Of a stretch of DNA of 64,000 nucleotides, positions 18,238-27,529 are shown in pieces. Every line of letters starts with the position of its first letter. Within the stretch, counting starts at the first letter, position 1. Under the pieces are notes generated by a model that ran no database searches, was not told the origin of the DNA, and saw only the letters and a program-made list of their open reading frames with translations. The DNA is from Anaerolineae bacterium (GTDB lineage: Bacteria > Chloroflexota > Anaerolineae > Aggregatilineales > UBA3940): assembly GCA_034435015.1 (NCBI GenBank), contig DAOTYH010000069.1, forward strand, positions 21,312-85,311, given 5' to 3'. Made by a program: the position numbers and the translations under genes.

Positions 18238-20316
18238 ATGGCAAAACTATCACCCTACTTTACCGGCGTGGCCTGTCAGCAGTGCGGTCATACCATGCCT
18301 CCCTCCCTCACACGGGCTAAGTGTGAACGGTGCGGCTCGCCATGGTTGGAGGCTCAGTATGATTATCAGGCGGTTGCGGCCCTCTGGCCGGATGCGCTGG
18401 CCGGGCGCGGCAAGACCATGTGGCGCTATCAGGAGCTGTTGCCTGTCGTGCCGGAGGCGCGGATCAGCATGGATGAGGGCTGGACGCCCTTATTGAAGGC
18501 CAAGGAATTGGGGCATCAGCTTGAGCATAGCCGGCTGTACATCAAAGATGAGCGCCAGTCGCCGACCAGTTCTTTCAAGGATCGGCAGGCGGCCCTGACC
18601 ATCTCAGCGTTGAAGGCGGCCCGTATTAAAGAATGCGTGATCGCCTCGACCGGCAACGCCTCGACAGCCTATGCGGCCTACTGCGCCCGTGCCGGAATCA
18701 AATTGTGGGTGTTTGTGACCAGCCTTGTGCCGGCAGAGAAGATGCGCGAGGCGGCCTTGTACGGCGCTGAGGTGATCAAGATCACCGGCACCTATGACCA
18801 GACAAAGGCCATTGCCGCCGACTTTGCCAAACGGCGCGGCCTGTACTTCGATACGGGGGCGAAGGGCATAGTCGGCAAAGAGAGTATGAAGACCATTGCC
18901 TTCGAGATCGTCGAGCAGTTGGGCTGGCGTGCCCCTGACTGGTATATCCAGTCCGTCAGCGGGGGGATCGGGCCGATTGGCGTCTGGAAGGGGTTTGTAG
19001 AACTCAAGCGCATGGGCCTGATCAAGAAACTGCCCCGTCTGGCGATCATCCAGTCGGAGGGATGCGATCCGATGGCACGCGCCTTCGAGGCTGACCGCGA
19101 GACTGCTGAGCCGGTGACGCCCCGCACGGCCATCACGATCCTCTCGACCGGTGACCCGGGTTTTGCCTATACCTTGCTGTATCGGGCGGCTAAGAGCAAC
19201 GGCGGTGTGATTACCTCCGTACCGGACCGGGATGCCTTCCGCGCCCTGCGCAGGCTGGCCCGTGCGGAGGGGATGTCGGTTGAGCCGGCAACCGGCGTGG
19301 CCTTTGCCGGTCTAGAGGCACTGCTGACCGAGAATGTGATCAAGCCCCGCCATACGGTGGTGGTCAATGCCTCCGGCCACACTTTGCCGGTCGAGAAGTT
19401 CGTGATCGAAGATCAGGCCATCGTTGATATTGATGTCAACAGCAAGCTGGCCGAGCAGTGGGGGATGCGGGAGGAAGGCCTCAGTGCGGCGCTGGAGCAT
19501 CTGGATGAGAAGATCACCCGTGTGGTGGTCATTGATGACAGCCCGCATGACAGCCGCCTGATCCGCCGACTGCTTCAACGGCATCGCTCGTATCGTGTGT
19601 TTGAAGCCAATGAGGGCAAAACAGGCCTTGAGCTGGTACGCGAGCGCCGCCCTGACCTGATCATTTTGGATTTGATGATGCCGGATATGGACGGCTTTGA
19701 TGTGCTGAGTGCCCTCAAGGCCGACCCCCAGACGGCACGTATCCCTGTCATTGTGGTTTCCGGCAAGACCTTGACCACTCAAGAGCGTGAACGGTTACAG
19801 GATCAAACCGTCTCGGTGTGGCTCAAGGGGAGCTACTCGACCCACGATCTGGTCGATCACATTGTGCGTCAACTGGGTGAGCCGGGCGTCTCGGCGGCGG
19901 TCACGCCGGATGCAAGCGGCACTCCCGAAGGCAAACGCCGGCCTGCGGTGCTGGTCATTGATGACAGCCCGCTGGATGCCCGGCTGGTGCGTCGTACACT
20001 GGAATCACGCGGCATGTACCGTGTGCTTGAGGCCCGCTCAGGCGAGCAGGCTCTGGCAATGATTGAGGCAGACACTCCCGACCTGATAATCCTTGACCTG
20101 ATGTTACCCGGCATGGACGGCTTCCAGATACTCGAACGCCTGCGCTCCAATCCAGCCGCCCGTGATCTGCCGGTTGTTGTCCTGAGTGCTAAGGAGTTGA
20201 CACCTGAGGAACAGGCCCGCCTTGCCAAGGGGCGGGTGGAGTCTACGTGGGCGAAGGGCGCAACGGATCGTGCGGCGTTACAGGAACATATTGTGAAGGT
20301 AATTGAGGAAGTATAG
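18238..20316 (+). CDS. Threonine-synthase-like PLP-dependent enzyme (N-terminal zinc ribbon) fused to two C-terminal response-regulator receiver domains
   Basis: CQQCGH...CERCG is a zinc ribbon. TSSFKDRQA contains the PLP-lysine motif, and ASTGNAS and SGGIGPIG also fit a ThrC-type fold. Two REC domains follow (VVVIDDSPHD...DLIILDLMMPDMDG...VVSGK and VLVIDDSPLD...DLIILDLMLPGMDG...VLSAK). Confidence 0.85.
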   Translation: MAKLSPYFTGVACQQCGHTMPPSLTRAKCERCGSPWLEAQYDYQAVAALWPDALAGRGKTMWRYQELLPVVPEARISMDEGWTPLLKAKELGHQLEHSRLYIKDERQSPTSSFKDRQAALTISALKAARIKECVIASTGNASTAYAAYCARAGIKLWVFVTSLVPAEKMREAALYGAEVIKITGTYDQTKAIAADFAKRRGLYFDTGAKGIVGKESMKTIAFEIVEQLGWRAPDWYIQSVSGGIGPIGVWKGFVELKRMGLIKKLPRLAIIQSEGCDPMARAFEADRETAEPVTPRTAITILSTGDPGFAYTLLYRAAKSNGGVITSVPDRDAFRALRRLARAEGMSVEPATGVAFAGLEALLTENVIKPRHTVVVNASGHTLPVEKFVIEDQAIVDIDVNSKLAEQWGMREEGLSAALEHLDEKITRVVVIDDSPHDSRLIRRLLQRHRSYRVFEANEGKTGLELVRERRPDLIILDLMMPDMDGFDVLSALKADPQTARIPVIVVSGKTLTTQERERLQDQTVSVWLKGSYSTHDLVDHIVRQLGEPGVSAAVTPDASGTPEGKRRPAVLVIDDSPLDARLVRRTLESRGMYRVLEARSGEQALAMIEADTPDLIILDLMLPGMDGFQILERLRSNPAARDLPVVVLSAKELTPEEQARLAKGRVESTWAKGATDRAALQEHIVKVIEEV

Positions 20317-20341
20317 CAGGCAGTCGTGAGTGAGGAAGCCT

Positions 20342-20860
20342 ATGGCTAGGATATTGGTTATTGAGGATGATCCCCATAGCGCAGACATCGTGGCCCGGGT
20401 ACTCAGGCGGCGGGGACATGAGGTTCTGCACGCCAGTGAAGGGCTGACAGGTTTGAAGATCGCCTCGCAGGAGCAAATTGATTTGGTACTGCTCGATCTG
20501 GGCCTGCCGGACATCGGGGGGCATACCATCGCCGCGCTGATCAACCGCATCCCCGGCAATATCCCGGTGGTTGCAGTGACGGCCAGTACCGACATGGCCA
20601 CCCAGAAGCGCGCCATGTCGTATGGGTGTGACGGCTACATCACTAAGCCGATTGATACCCGCGCTTTTCCCGATCAGGTTGCCCAGTTCATTCGTAGTCG
20701 AGAGAACGGTTCTCCCTCTGAAGGGCAGGACAGCCTGCCGGCGGAGTCTGTTCAGGAAAGCGAGAGTCAGCAGAAGCCCGCAGGGGCCAGCACGGAAGGC
20801 GAAGAGAAGGCGGCAACGCAAGCCAGTCCCAATGGTCAGGGCAAGGCAATTATTTACTGA
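20342..20860 (+). CDS. Single-domain response regulator (receiver) with an acidic/Ser-rich C-terminal tail
   Basis: MARILVIEDD...DLVLLDLGLPDIGG...VTAS...ITKP. GAGG lies 6 nt upstream of the ATG at 20342; the track start at 20330 is a GTG. Confidence 0.85.
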   Translation: MARILVIEDDPHSADIVARVLRRRGHEVLHASEGLTGLKIASQEQIDLVLLDLGLPDIGGHTIAALINRIPGNIPVVAVTASTDMATQKRAMSYGCDGYITKPIDTRAFPDQVAQFIRSRENGSPSEGQDSLPAESVQESESQQKPAGASTEGEEKAATQASPNGQGKAIIY

Positions 20861-20915
20861 TTATTTACTGAGATGAGAAAGCAGCCTTCCAGACCTTCCG
20901 CTAACTGGAGAAAGG

Positions 20916-21335
20916 GTGATGAGCAGAATCTTGTACGTGGAAGATAACTTCCAGAATTATCGGCTGGTGATGCGCATGCTTGCGGCGGAGAAAGATCAGG
21001 CGTATGAGATCTGTCAGGCGCCGGATGGCGAAAGCGCCCTCCGCATGGTAGGGGAATTTCAGCCCGACCTGATCCTGATGGACATTAACCTGCCCGACAT
21101 AGACGGGATGGAGGTCACCCGCCGCATCAAGGCCGATGAGCGGCTGAGCCGTATTCCCATTATTGCGCTGACTGCCAATGCCATGGTCGGTGACCGGGAG
21201 CGGTATATGGCCGGCGGGTGCGACGGCTACCTGCGCAAGCCGTTCAGCCGGTCCGAGTTGCGCGAGGTGCTGGATCAATTCCTGCATCACAACGGGGATG
21301 CGGCCAGAGTGCTCAAGGAGAGCAATCAGGCGTGA
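20916..21335 (+). CDS. Single-domain response regulator (CheY-like receiver)
   Basis: RILYVEDN...DLILMDINLPDIDG...ALTANAM...GCDGYLRKP. Confidence 0.9.
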   Translation: MMSRILYVEDNFQNYRLVMRMLAAEKDQAYEICQAPDGESALRMVGEFQPDLILMDINLPDIDGMEVTRRIKADERLSRIPIIALTANAMVGDRERYMAGGCDGYLRKPFSRSELREVLDQFLHHNGDAARVLKESNQA

Positions 21336-21380
21336 TCCCTGTTGCCTTGCCATCCTTTACCAATGGGGGAGAGACAGCTC

Positions 21381-21782
21381 ATGCCGTCCGATGAGGAAAC
21401 CGGCAGAACGTACACCATCTTGCTGATCGAAGATAACCCAAACAACGCCCGTCTGATGTGCCGCGTGCTGGAGCGCCATAACTTCACGGTGCTTCATGCT
21501 GAGGACGGAGAAACAGGCCTGCAGATGGCTTTTGCCCACCGGCCTGATCTGATTCTGCTTGATCTGGGCCTGCCCGATGTAGATGGCCAGAGTGTGGCAG
21601 GGATGCTCAAACAGCCCGATTCCCTGCCCGATACTCCCCTGGTTGTTGTCACGGCATGGCCCGCTGAGACAGCCCGCGCGATGGTCGAGGCTTATGGATG
21701 TGAGGGGTACATCCCCAAGCCGATTGACACGCGCGAGTTCCCCTTGCAGGTTGCCGGCTATCTCAACCGCCCTAAGCCCTAA
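21381..21782 (+). CDS. Single-domain response regulator (receiver)
   Basis: YTILLIEDNP...DLILLDLGLPDVDG...VVTAW...IPKP. The start is uncertain: TTG 21342, ATG 21363 or ATG 21381. The last has an upstream GGGGGAGAG. Confidence 0.8.
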   Translation: MPSDEETGRTYTILLIEDNPNNARLMCRVLERHNFTVLHAEDGETGLQMAFAHRPDLILLDLGLPDVDGQSVAGMLKQPDSLPDTPLVVVTAWPAETARAMVEAYGCEGYIPKPIDTREFPLQVAGYLNRPKP

Positions 21783-21809
21783 GCGGTTTCAGCAGGGAAG
21801 GGGCGCGAC

Positions 21810-22658
21810 GTGAATCTGGTCCCGGCCAGCCGGTACACTATTCAACAATTAACTGAAGCCTATAATCAGACACGGGTGGATTATCTGGTCCCTATGCCTA
21901 TGAGCGCCCACCGTCTGATGGAGTATATTCAGGTCTATGATGTCTCGCTGGATGACTCGGTCGTGGCGGAAGAAGGGGGTGAGATACTGGGCTTGTGTAT
22001 GCTGGGAGTGCGCGGCGCATGGGGCTGGGCTACGCGGCTGGGAGTCCTGCCAACCTGCCGCCGTCACGGGGCGGGGCAGGCTCTGATGGAGTATGTCATC
22101 CAACGGGCTGTTGAACGGGGATGTCAGGTCGTCTATCTGGAAGTGATCGTCGGCAACGTGCCGGCTTATAGGCTGTTCACCAAGCTGGGCTTCCGCGATG
22201 TGCGTGAACTGCTGGTCCTGCGCCGCCCCCCCGGCCTGCCGCATGCCTCTAGTCCGCCGCCTGCCATGTTGACATGGCTTGACCCTTCCCAGACACTGCT
22301 CCGTGCGGCGGCCCGCGACTGGCGGCCTGCGTGGACCAATCAGACCGAGTCGCTGGCCAACGCCCGGACGGTCGGAGCCTTGCATCTGATTGATCAGGCT
22401 ACTCAGGCCAGCGGGTGGATCAGCTACCAGACCTCGCCGCTTCAACTCCGCCGTGTGCTGATCGCTCCTGACCCGGGCCACGAGGCCGCGCCGGCCTACA
22501 GCCTGCTCTATCATCTGCACAGCCGCTTCCCTTTGCTGGACACAGTAGCGGAGAATGTGCCTGCCGACTCCCCTCATCTGCCTGACTATAAACGGCATGG
22601 CTACGTTGAGTCGTTCCGGCGGCTGGAAATGGAACTGCCGCTCGGCCCGCCCCCCTGA
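21810..22658 (+). CDS. GNAT-family N-acetyltransferase-like protein
   Basis: VLPTCRRHGAGQALMEYVIQRAVERG...YLEVIVGNVPAYRLFTKLGFR is GNAT motif A/B. The start is a GTG. Confidence 0.7.
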   Translation: MNLVPASRYTIQQLTEAYNQTRVDYLVPMPMSAHRLMEYIQVYDVSLDDSVVAEEGGEILGLCMLGVRGAWGWATRLGVLPTCRRHGAGQALMEYVIQRAVERGCQVVYLEVIVGNVPAYRLFTKLGFRDVRELLVLRRPPGLPHASSPPPAMLTWLDPSQTLLRAAARDWRPAWTNQTESLANARTVGALHLIDQATQASGWISYQTSPLQLRRVLIAPDPGHEAAPAYSLLYHLHSRFPLLDTVAENVPADSPHLPDYKRHGYVESFRRLEMELPLGPPP

Positions 22659-22710
22659 TGGAGAAACGGATAAAAAAACAGGGGCGCGCACGCCCCTGTT
22701 GCATGTCCTG

Positions 22711-23880
22711 TTATGACCTCTCAGGCGGGTGGTGCGAGTTCAGCGGCAGATGGATCGAAAAGATACTCCCTTTGCCTAGTTCGCTTTGTACGCTGATGTC
22801 GCCGCCGTGCAGTCGTATCAGGCCGCGGGCGATGGTCAGACCCAGTCCGGCACCCTGCTGTTCCATCTTCTGACGGTCAACCTGATGGAAGCGGTCAAAA
22901 ATCTGCTCAAATTGTGATGGGTCGATCCCAATTCCCTGATCGTGCACGCGGATGACAGCCTGATCGCCTTGTGTGAACGCATCAACCAGGACGTAACCCG
23001 GCTCGCCCCGTTTGGAGAACTTAATGGCATTGTCCACCAGCCGCAAGAGCGCCTCTGCTAGGTAGTTGGACATACACCAGACCGTTAGGTCTTCAGATAC
23101 GCGGTTTTCAAGCGTGACGTCCCGCTCTTCGGCGGCCTGTTTGAGTTTGCCGAAAACTTCCCACACAATCGGGCGGACTTGTGCAGGTCCCTGCCGGACT
23201 TCGATCTCCATCTTAAGCATGCCGCTGTCCAAGCGGACAACCAGCATCAAGTCCTCGATCAGCCGGACCAGCCGCTCGGCCCCGCGCTGAACGCCGTCGA
23301 GCATCTCTTTCAATGACTGCTCGTCCAGCTCGTGATGCTGTTCTTGGAGCAGATTGACATACCCATAGATGTAAGACAGAGGGGTGCGCAGTTCGTGGCC
23401 GAAGATGGTGATCAACTGCTGTTTCATGCGCTCGACATCAGCCTGAGTGGCAGACTGAATCTCATGGACCCGCTTGAGCCGTGCCTGAATGGCAACCAGC
23501 AGGTCCTCCGGCTCGAAAGGCTTGGTCACGTAGGCATCAGCACCCAGCCTGATCCCCCGCCGAACGTCAGACTGCTGGCCAAGCGCCGATAGAAAGATAA
23601 ACGGGATGGCCGCCCATTCCTGCCTCTGGCGCACCGCCTCAAAGAACTCGTATCCGTTCATGTCGGGCATCATGATATCGGCTACCACCAGATCAGGAAG
23701 GCAGGTCTCCATCACGTCGAGAGCTTGATGCCCGTTGAGGGCTGTGATGACGTTGTATCCATAGAGCCGCAGGAGGTCAGATGTGCCGTCCAGAATGGCA
23801 TCATCATCATCAACCAGCAGGATGGTAGTTGGCCGTCCCCCTTCTTCTCTGGCTGAGACCAGTTCAGGGTTAATGTTCAC
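22711..23880 (-). CDS. Hybrid response regulator-histidine kinase (REC, HisKA, HATPase)
   Basis: TILLVDDDD...DLVVADIMMPDMNG is the receiver. The H-box is GHELRTPLSYI. HATPase motifs are DNAIKFS and GAGLGLTIA. Confidence 0.9.
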   Translation of the reverse strand: MNINPELVSAREEGGRPTTILLVDDDDAILDGTSDLLRLYGYNVITALNGHQALDVMETCLPDLVVADIMMPDMNGYEFFEAVRQRQEWAAIPFIFLSALGQQSDVRRGIRLGADAYVTKPFEPEDLLVAIQARLKRVHEIQSATQADVERMKQQLITIFGHELRTPLSYIYGYVNLLQEQHHELDEQSLKEMLDGVQRGAERLVRLIEDLMLVVRLDSGMLKMEIEVRQGPAQVRPIVWEVFGKLKQAAEERDVTLENRVSEDLTVWCMSNYLAEALLRLVDNAIKFSKRGEPGYVLVDAFTQGDQAVIRVHDQGIGIDPSQFEQIFDRFHQVDRQKMEQQGAGLGLTIARGLIRLHGGDISVQSELGKGSIFSIHLPLNSHHPPERS

Positions 23881-23992
23881 AGAGTGCTCCTCGTTCCAAC
23901 CTGTCTGATGCCTAGATCATCGCACATTCAGAGGGATGGCGAAATGGGGATTTACCCCCATGAGGAGCTTCGTGATAGACCGTATCAGGAGG

Positions 23993-25012
23993 TTACCACC
24001 GCACCACGATTCGCGTGCCGGGTTGTCCGGCCTCCGGGTTAGAGCGTGTAGAGTAGGCGTTGTAATCTGCTATGGGCGTTGTCCAGCGGAAGACCCACTG
24101 TGCCGACGCCGGCGGCAGGTTGACACAGCCGTTGCTGTGCCGCCGCCCGTAGTCGTTGTGCCAGTAACAGCCATGTGTCGCGGCCCAACTGGCGGTGAAA
24201 TAGCATACCCACGGAATGCCGGGCAGGTTGTACGCTCCTGCCCCCAGCCCGCCGGTCATGCGCTGGCCATGACGCTTATCGCGCACGCGGAACTCGCCGG
24301 CGGGGGTAGGGGTATCCGGCATGCCGGTAGAGACGCGGGCTGAGAACACCTCGTTGTCACCTTCGTAGGCGCGGAGCATCTGCTCGCCGATCCGGACCAC
24401 AATGAGCTTATCTTCCGGCGGCACATCCGGTGAGAGAGGCGCGGCCTCCTCCGGCGGGATGATCCGCACATGGCCGGCCTTAATCCAATATGAGCCGCCG
24501 TAAATCTCGCTGACCCGATAGTAATCATTCTCTACCCCGCTGATGCGGTGAACCGTGCTGTAAAACATACGCTGGCGGCGCGGCCCATCATCAGCGGGAG
24601 CGCCCCTTGCCCATGTCATCGGGACAGTGACCATGCCCCATGCCCCGTTCTCCCCGACAGGCACAGTCGGGTTATTAGGCTGGTTGTCTACCGGCTGTAC
24701 CCATGAGGAGTACAGGTAGCCGGCCTCTGTCTTCAGCCATGTGGCGTTGGTTGAATACAGGCCGTTGCCTGTTACGGCTTCCTGCACCGTGACTACGTCG
24801 TTCCAATATAGAAAGCCGGCGGCGCTGGCACGCCAGTCCGGCTCGGTGTAGGCGGTCATGACGTTCAACAGGATGCGCCCCATCGGAGAGCCGTCCCAGT
24901 TTGTGATGGCTCCACCTTGCAGAGACGGCCTATAGTCAACCGCCCGCAGGCCGATGCCCATCCCGGCCATTCCGACCGATTTCAGAAAGCCGCGCCGTGA
25001 CAGATTCCTCAT
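23993..25012 (-). CDS. Secreted L,D-transpeptidase (YkuD domain) with a Tat-type signal
   Basis: The N-terminus MRNLSRRGFLKSVGMAGMG is a twin-arginine signal. The C-terminal catalytic motif is HSNGCVNL. Confidence 0.85.
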   Translation of the reverse strand: MRNLSRRGFLKSVGMAGMGIGLRAVDYRPSLQGGAITNWDGSPMGRILLNVMTAYTEPDWRASAAGFLYWNDVVTVQEAVTGNGLYSTNATWLKTEAGYLYSSWVQPVDNQPNNPTVPVGENGAWGMVTVPMTWARGAPADDGPRRQRMFYSTVHRISGVENDYYRVSEIYGGSYWIKAGHVRIIPPEEAAPLSPDVPPEDKLIVVRIGEQMLRAYEGDNEVFSARVSTGMPDTPTPAGEFRVRDKRHGQRMTGGLGAGAYNLPGIPWVCYFTASWAATHGCYWHNDYGRRHSNGCVNLPPASAQWVFRWTTPIADYNAYSTRSNPEAGQPGTRIVVRW

Positions 25013-25056
25013 CTTCCTCTCGTCTTTATCCCTTCTTTACGCTAAACTCTGGCCCT

Positions 25057-25740
25057 ATGATACCACAAGCTGTCATCTGGGATATGGACGGAGTCCTGAT
25101 CGACTCCGGCGATCTATACTATCAGCTCGTCTGTGAGGTTTTCTCCAGCGAGTTTGGCAGAACCGTCACCCGTGAGCAGTTCAAGGCGGTGTTTGGGACC
25201 AACAACCTCAGTGTGATCCGAAGCCTGCTGGGGTATACCCCTCCGCCTGAATTAGAACAGCGGCTCTCGGACAGGGTGGATGAGGAGTTCTGCCGGTATG
25301 CCCCCGAACATGTCCGGCTGATGCCGTGTGCGCTGGAGACAGTGCAGATGCTCTCTGCGGCTGGCTGGCGGCAGGCGATTGCTACCTCTTCGTCGCACCG
25401 CAATACGCGGCTGGTTACGGAGCTGTTGGGGTTGAATCGCTGGATTGAGGTCTTTGTATGTGCGGAGGATGTCGCACGGGGCAAGCCTGCGCCGGATTCC
25501 TTCCTGCTGGCGGCTGAACGGCTGGCGGTCAAGCCTGAGCGGTGTGTCGTCGTTGAAGATGCGCCGGCAGGGATACAGGCGGCCCGTCTGGCCGGCATGG
25601 CCTGTGTCGGTGTGGCTACCACGCAGACGCCCGCCGCACTGGCACAGGCTGATCGCGTGGTCGGCTCGCTGGCTGATCTGGCCCTGCCTGACTTTGAAGC
25701 CCTGGTGAACCGCCGATCTAACGTCTATGTTAACGGCTAG
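25057..25740 (+). CDS. HAD-superfamily hydrolase (beta-phosphoglucomutase/phosphatase-like)
   Basis: VIWDMDGVLIDS is HAD motif I (DxDGxL). TSS, KPAPD and VVVEDAPAGIQAA are also present. The ATG at 25057 is preferred over the longer track ORF. Confidence 0.85.
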   Translation: MIPQAVIWDMDGVLIDSGDLYYQLVCEVFSSEFGRTVTREQFKAVFGTNNLSVIRSLLGYTPPPELEQRLSDRVDEEFCRYAPEHVRLMPCALETVQMLSAAGWRQAIATSSSHRNTRLVTELLGLNRWIEVFVCAEDVARGKPAPDSFLLAAERLAVKPERCVVVEDAPAGIQAARLAGMACVGVATTQTPAALAQADRVVGSLADLALPDFEALVNRRSNVYVNG

Positions 25741-25757
25741 TAGACGGCGGCCTGCTG

Positions 25758-26906
25758 TTATTCCATCGGGGCGGCAGGGAGCCAGAAGACGAAGCGCGTT
25801 CCGACTCCGCCCTCTCCCTCCTCCGCCCAGATTTTCCCGCCATGTGCGTTGATGGCTGAGCGGCAGTAGGCCAGCCCCAGCCCAAATCCGCGACTGCCCT
25901 GACGCCGCGCCTCTACCTGCGCAAAGCGGTCGAAGACATGCTCGCGATACTCAGGCCGGATGCCCGGCCCATTGTCGTTGACGGCCACAAAGACCGCTTC
26001 ACCGTCTGACCATGCGCTGACGGTGACCTGCCCGCCAAGGGGTGTGTATTTGAGGGCGTTGTCAATCAGGTTGGTCAGTACGCGGTCTATGCGCTGACGG
26101 TCAGCCCGGACGGCTGGCAATGGCCCGGCAGGAGGGTTGAACCCCAGGTTAATTCGGGAGGCCCATGCCATCGGCTTGAGCCGCTCGACTATCTCGCTCA
26201 GCAGGGCCAGCACGTCTAAGCTCTCCAGCTCCAGCTCGGCCTCGCCCCCTTCCAGCCGTTCGACATCCAGCAGAGCTTCGACTAATGTCTGCATCCGTTG
26301 TGCGCCGCCGGAGGCCATTGCCAGGAAGCGGGTCGTCTCTTCCTGCAACTGGAGGGAGGGGTCCAGCTCCAGCATAGCGAGCGCCATCGAGATCAGTGTC
26401 AGGGGGTTACGCAGATCGTGGATGATGAATCCCACTGTTTCCTGCCGCAACTGCATAATCTGGGCTAACCGCTCAGCCTCAGACGAGAGGGATGCCAGCC
26501 GCTCGAACAGTTCGTGTTCTGCCGCCGCGGCACGGACGCGGCTTTGGTCGGCGGCCAGCAGGCGGTCAATGAGGGCCTGCAAGACCATCCGCCGGAAGGC
26601 GGCATCCCCCTCAAACAGACGCCAGAAATCATCGTGGTTAATGGCCAACAGGGTAGTCGGTTTAAGAGCCAGCACGGAGGCTGAGCGGGGGCTGTCGCCG
26701 AGCAGGCTGACCTCACCGATCAGGTCGCCTTCTGAGCGGTAGCCCAGTACCAGCGGCGCATCCGTATCTGCCCCTTTGATCACGGCGACCTGCCCCTTTT
26801 CGATCATATACATCGTGTCGCCGGGGTCGTTCTCTCGAAACACATACTCCCCTGCCTGATAGTGCTTGGGGGTGGCGTAGTCAGCCCAGCGTGGGTTTTC
26901 GGCCAT
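25758..26906 (-). CDS. Cyclic-nucleotide-binding domain fused to a histidine kinase
   Basis: The N-terminal cNMP-binding fold shows FRENDPGD...GDLIGEVSLL...RSASV. This is followed by IIHDLRNPLT (H-box) and HATPase motifs DNALKYT and GFGLGLAYC. Confidence 0.9.
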   Translation of the reverse strand: MAENPRWADYATPKHYQAGEYVFRENDPGDTMYMIEKGQVAVIKGADTDAPLVLGYRSEGDLIGEVSLLGDSPRSASVLALKPTTLLAINHDDFWRLFEGDAAFRRMVLQALIDRLLAADQSRVRAAAAEHELFERLASLSSEAERLAQIMQLRQETVGFIIHDLRNPLTLISMALAMLELDPSLQLQEETTRFLAMASGGAQRMQTLVEALLDVERLEGGEAELELESLDVLALLSEIVERLKPMAWASRINLGFNPPAGPLPAVRADRQRIDRVLTNLIDNALKYTPLGGQVTVSAWSDGEAVFVAVNDNGPGIRPEYREHVFDRFAQVEARRQGSRGFGLGLAYCRSAINAHGGKIWAEEGEGGVGTRFVFWLPAAPME

Positions 26907-27010
26907 AGCTGATTCCTTGTGTTCTATATTTGTGGAGACATTTTACACGGATTCTACAGCTACTGCCTGAGGAGAATTGGGATTATACTATGTAGATAGG
27001 AGCGAGAATC

Positions 27011-27529
27011 TTGGCAGGGAGCGGTGAGGTGGGAGTAGAGGGGCATTCCATTCCGTGTCTTGGCGGCAGGCAGAGGGAGCTGATCAGCGGGCGGGAGCCT
27101 GAGCTGAGCGGCCTGCGGCAGAGCACTGATCCGCTCATTGTGCTGGTGGATGATGAGCCGACCCTGACCGAATTAATCAAGCTCATTTTTAGCCTTGCCG
27201 GCTACAATGGCCTGGTGAGCTTCCCCTGTGGGGAAGGCGTGCTGGATTACTGCCGGGCTAACCGTCCCACTCTGCTGATCACGGACATCTGTCACCCCGG
27301 CCCGAACGGGCTGGAGTTGTGCCGCATGATCCGTGAGGACCCGATGCTGGCTGATATGCCTGTGATTGTGTGTTCGGCCACCCCCAGCCAGTTCCTCGGC
27401 CCGCTGGAAGAACAAAAGATCGCCTACTTTCCCAAGCCGTGCAATCTGAGAGAGCTTGTCGAGTACATCGAAGGAACAGTCGGTCTAAACATGAAGCGGC
27501 TCTCTGCTCTGCTGTCTAAGGGAGGGTGA
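27011..27529 (+). CDS. Receiver-domain protein (orphan response regulator); start uncertain
   Basis: LIVLVDDEPT...TLLITDICHPGPNG...VIVCSA...FPKP. Only non-ATG start candidates are available (TTG 27011, or a GTG near 27140). Confidence 0.6.
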   Translation: MAGSGEVGVEGHSIPCLGGRQRELISGREPELSGLRQSTDPLIVLVDDEPTLTELIKLIFSLAGYNGLVSFPCGEGVLDYCRANRPTLLITDICHPGPNGLELCRMIREDPMLADMPVIVCSATPSQFLGPLEEQKIAYFPKPCNLRELVEYIEGTVGLNMKRLSALLSKGG

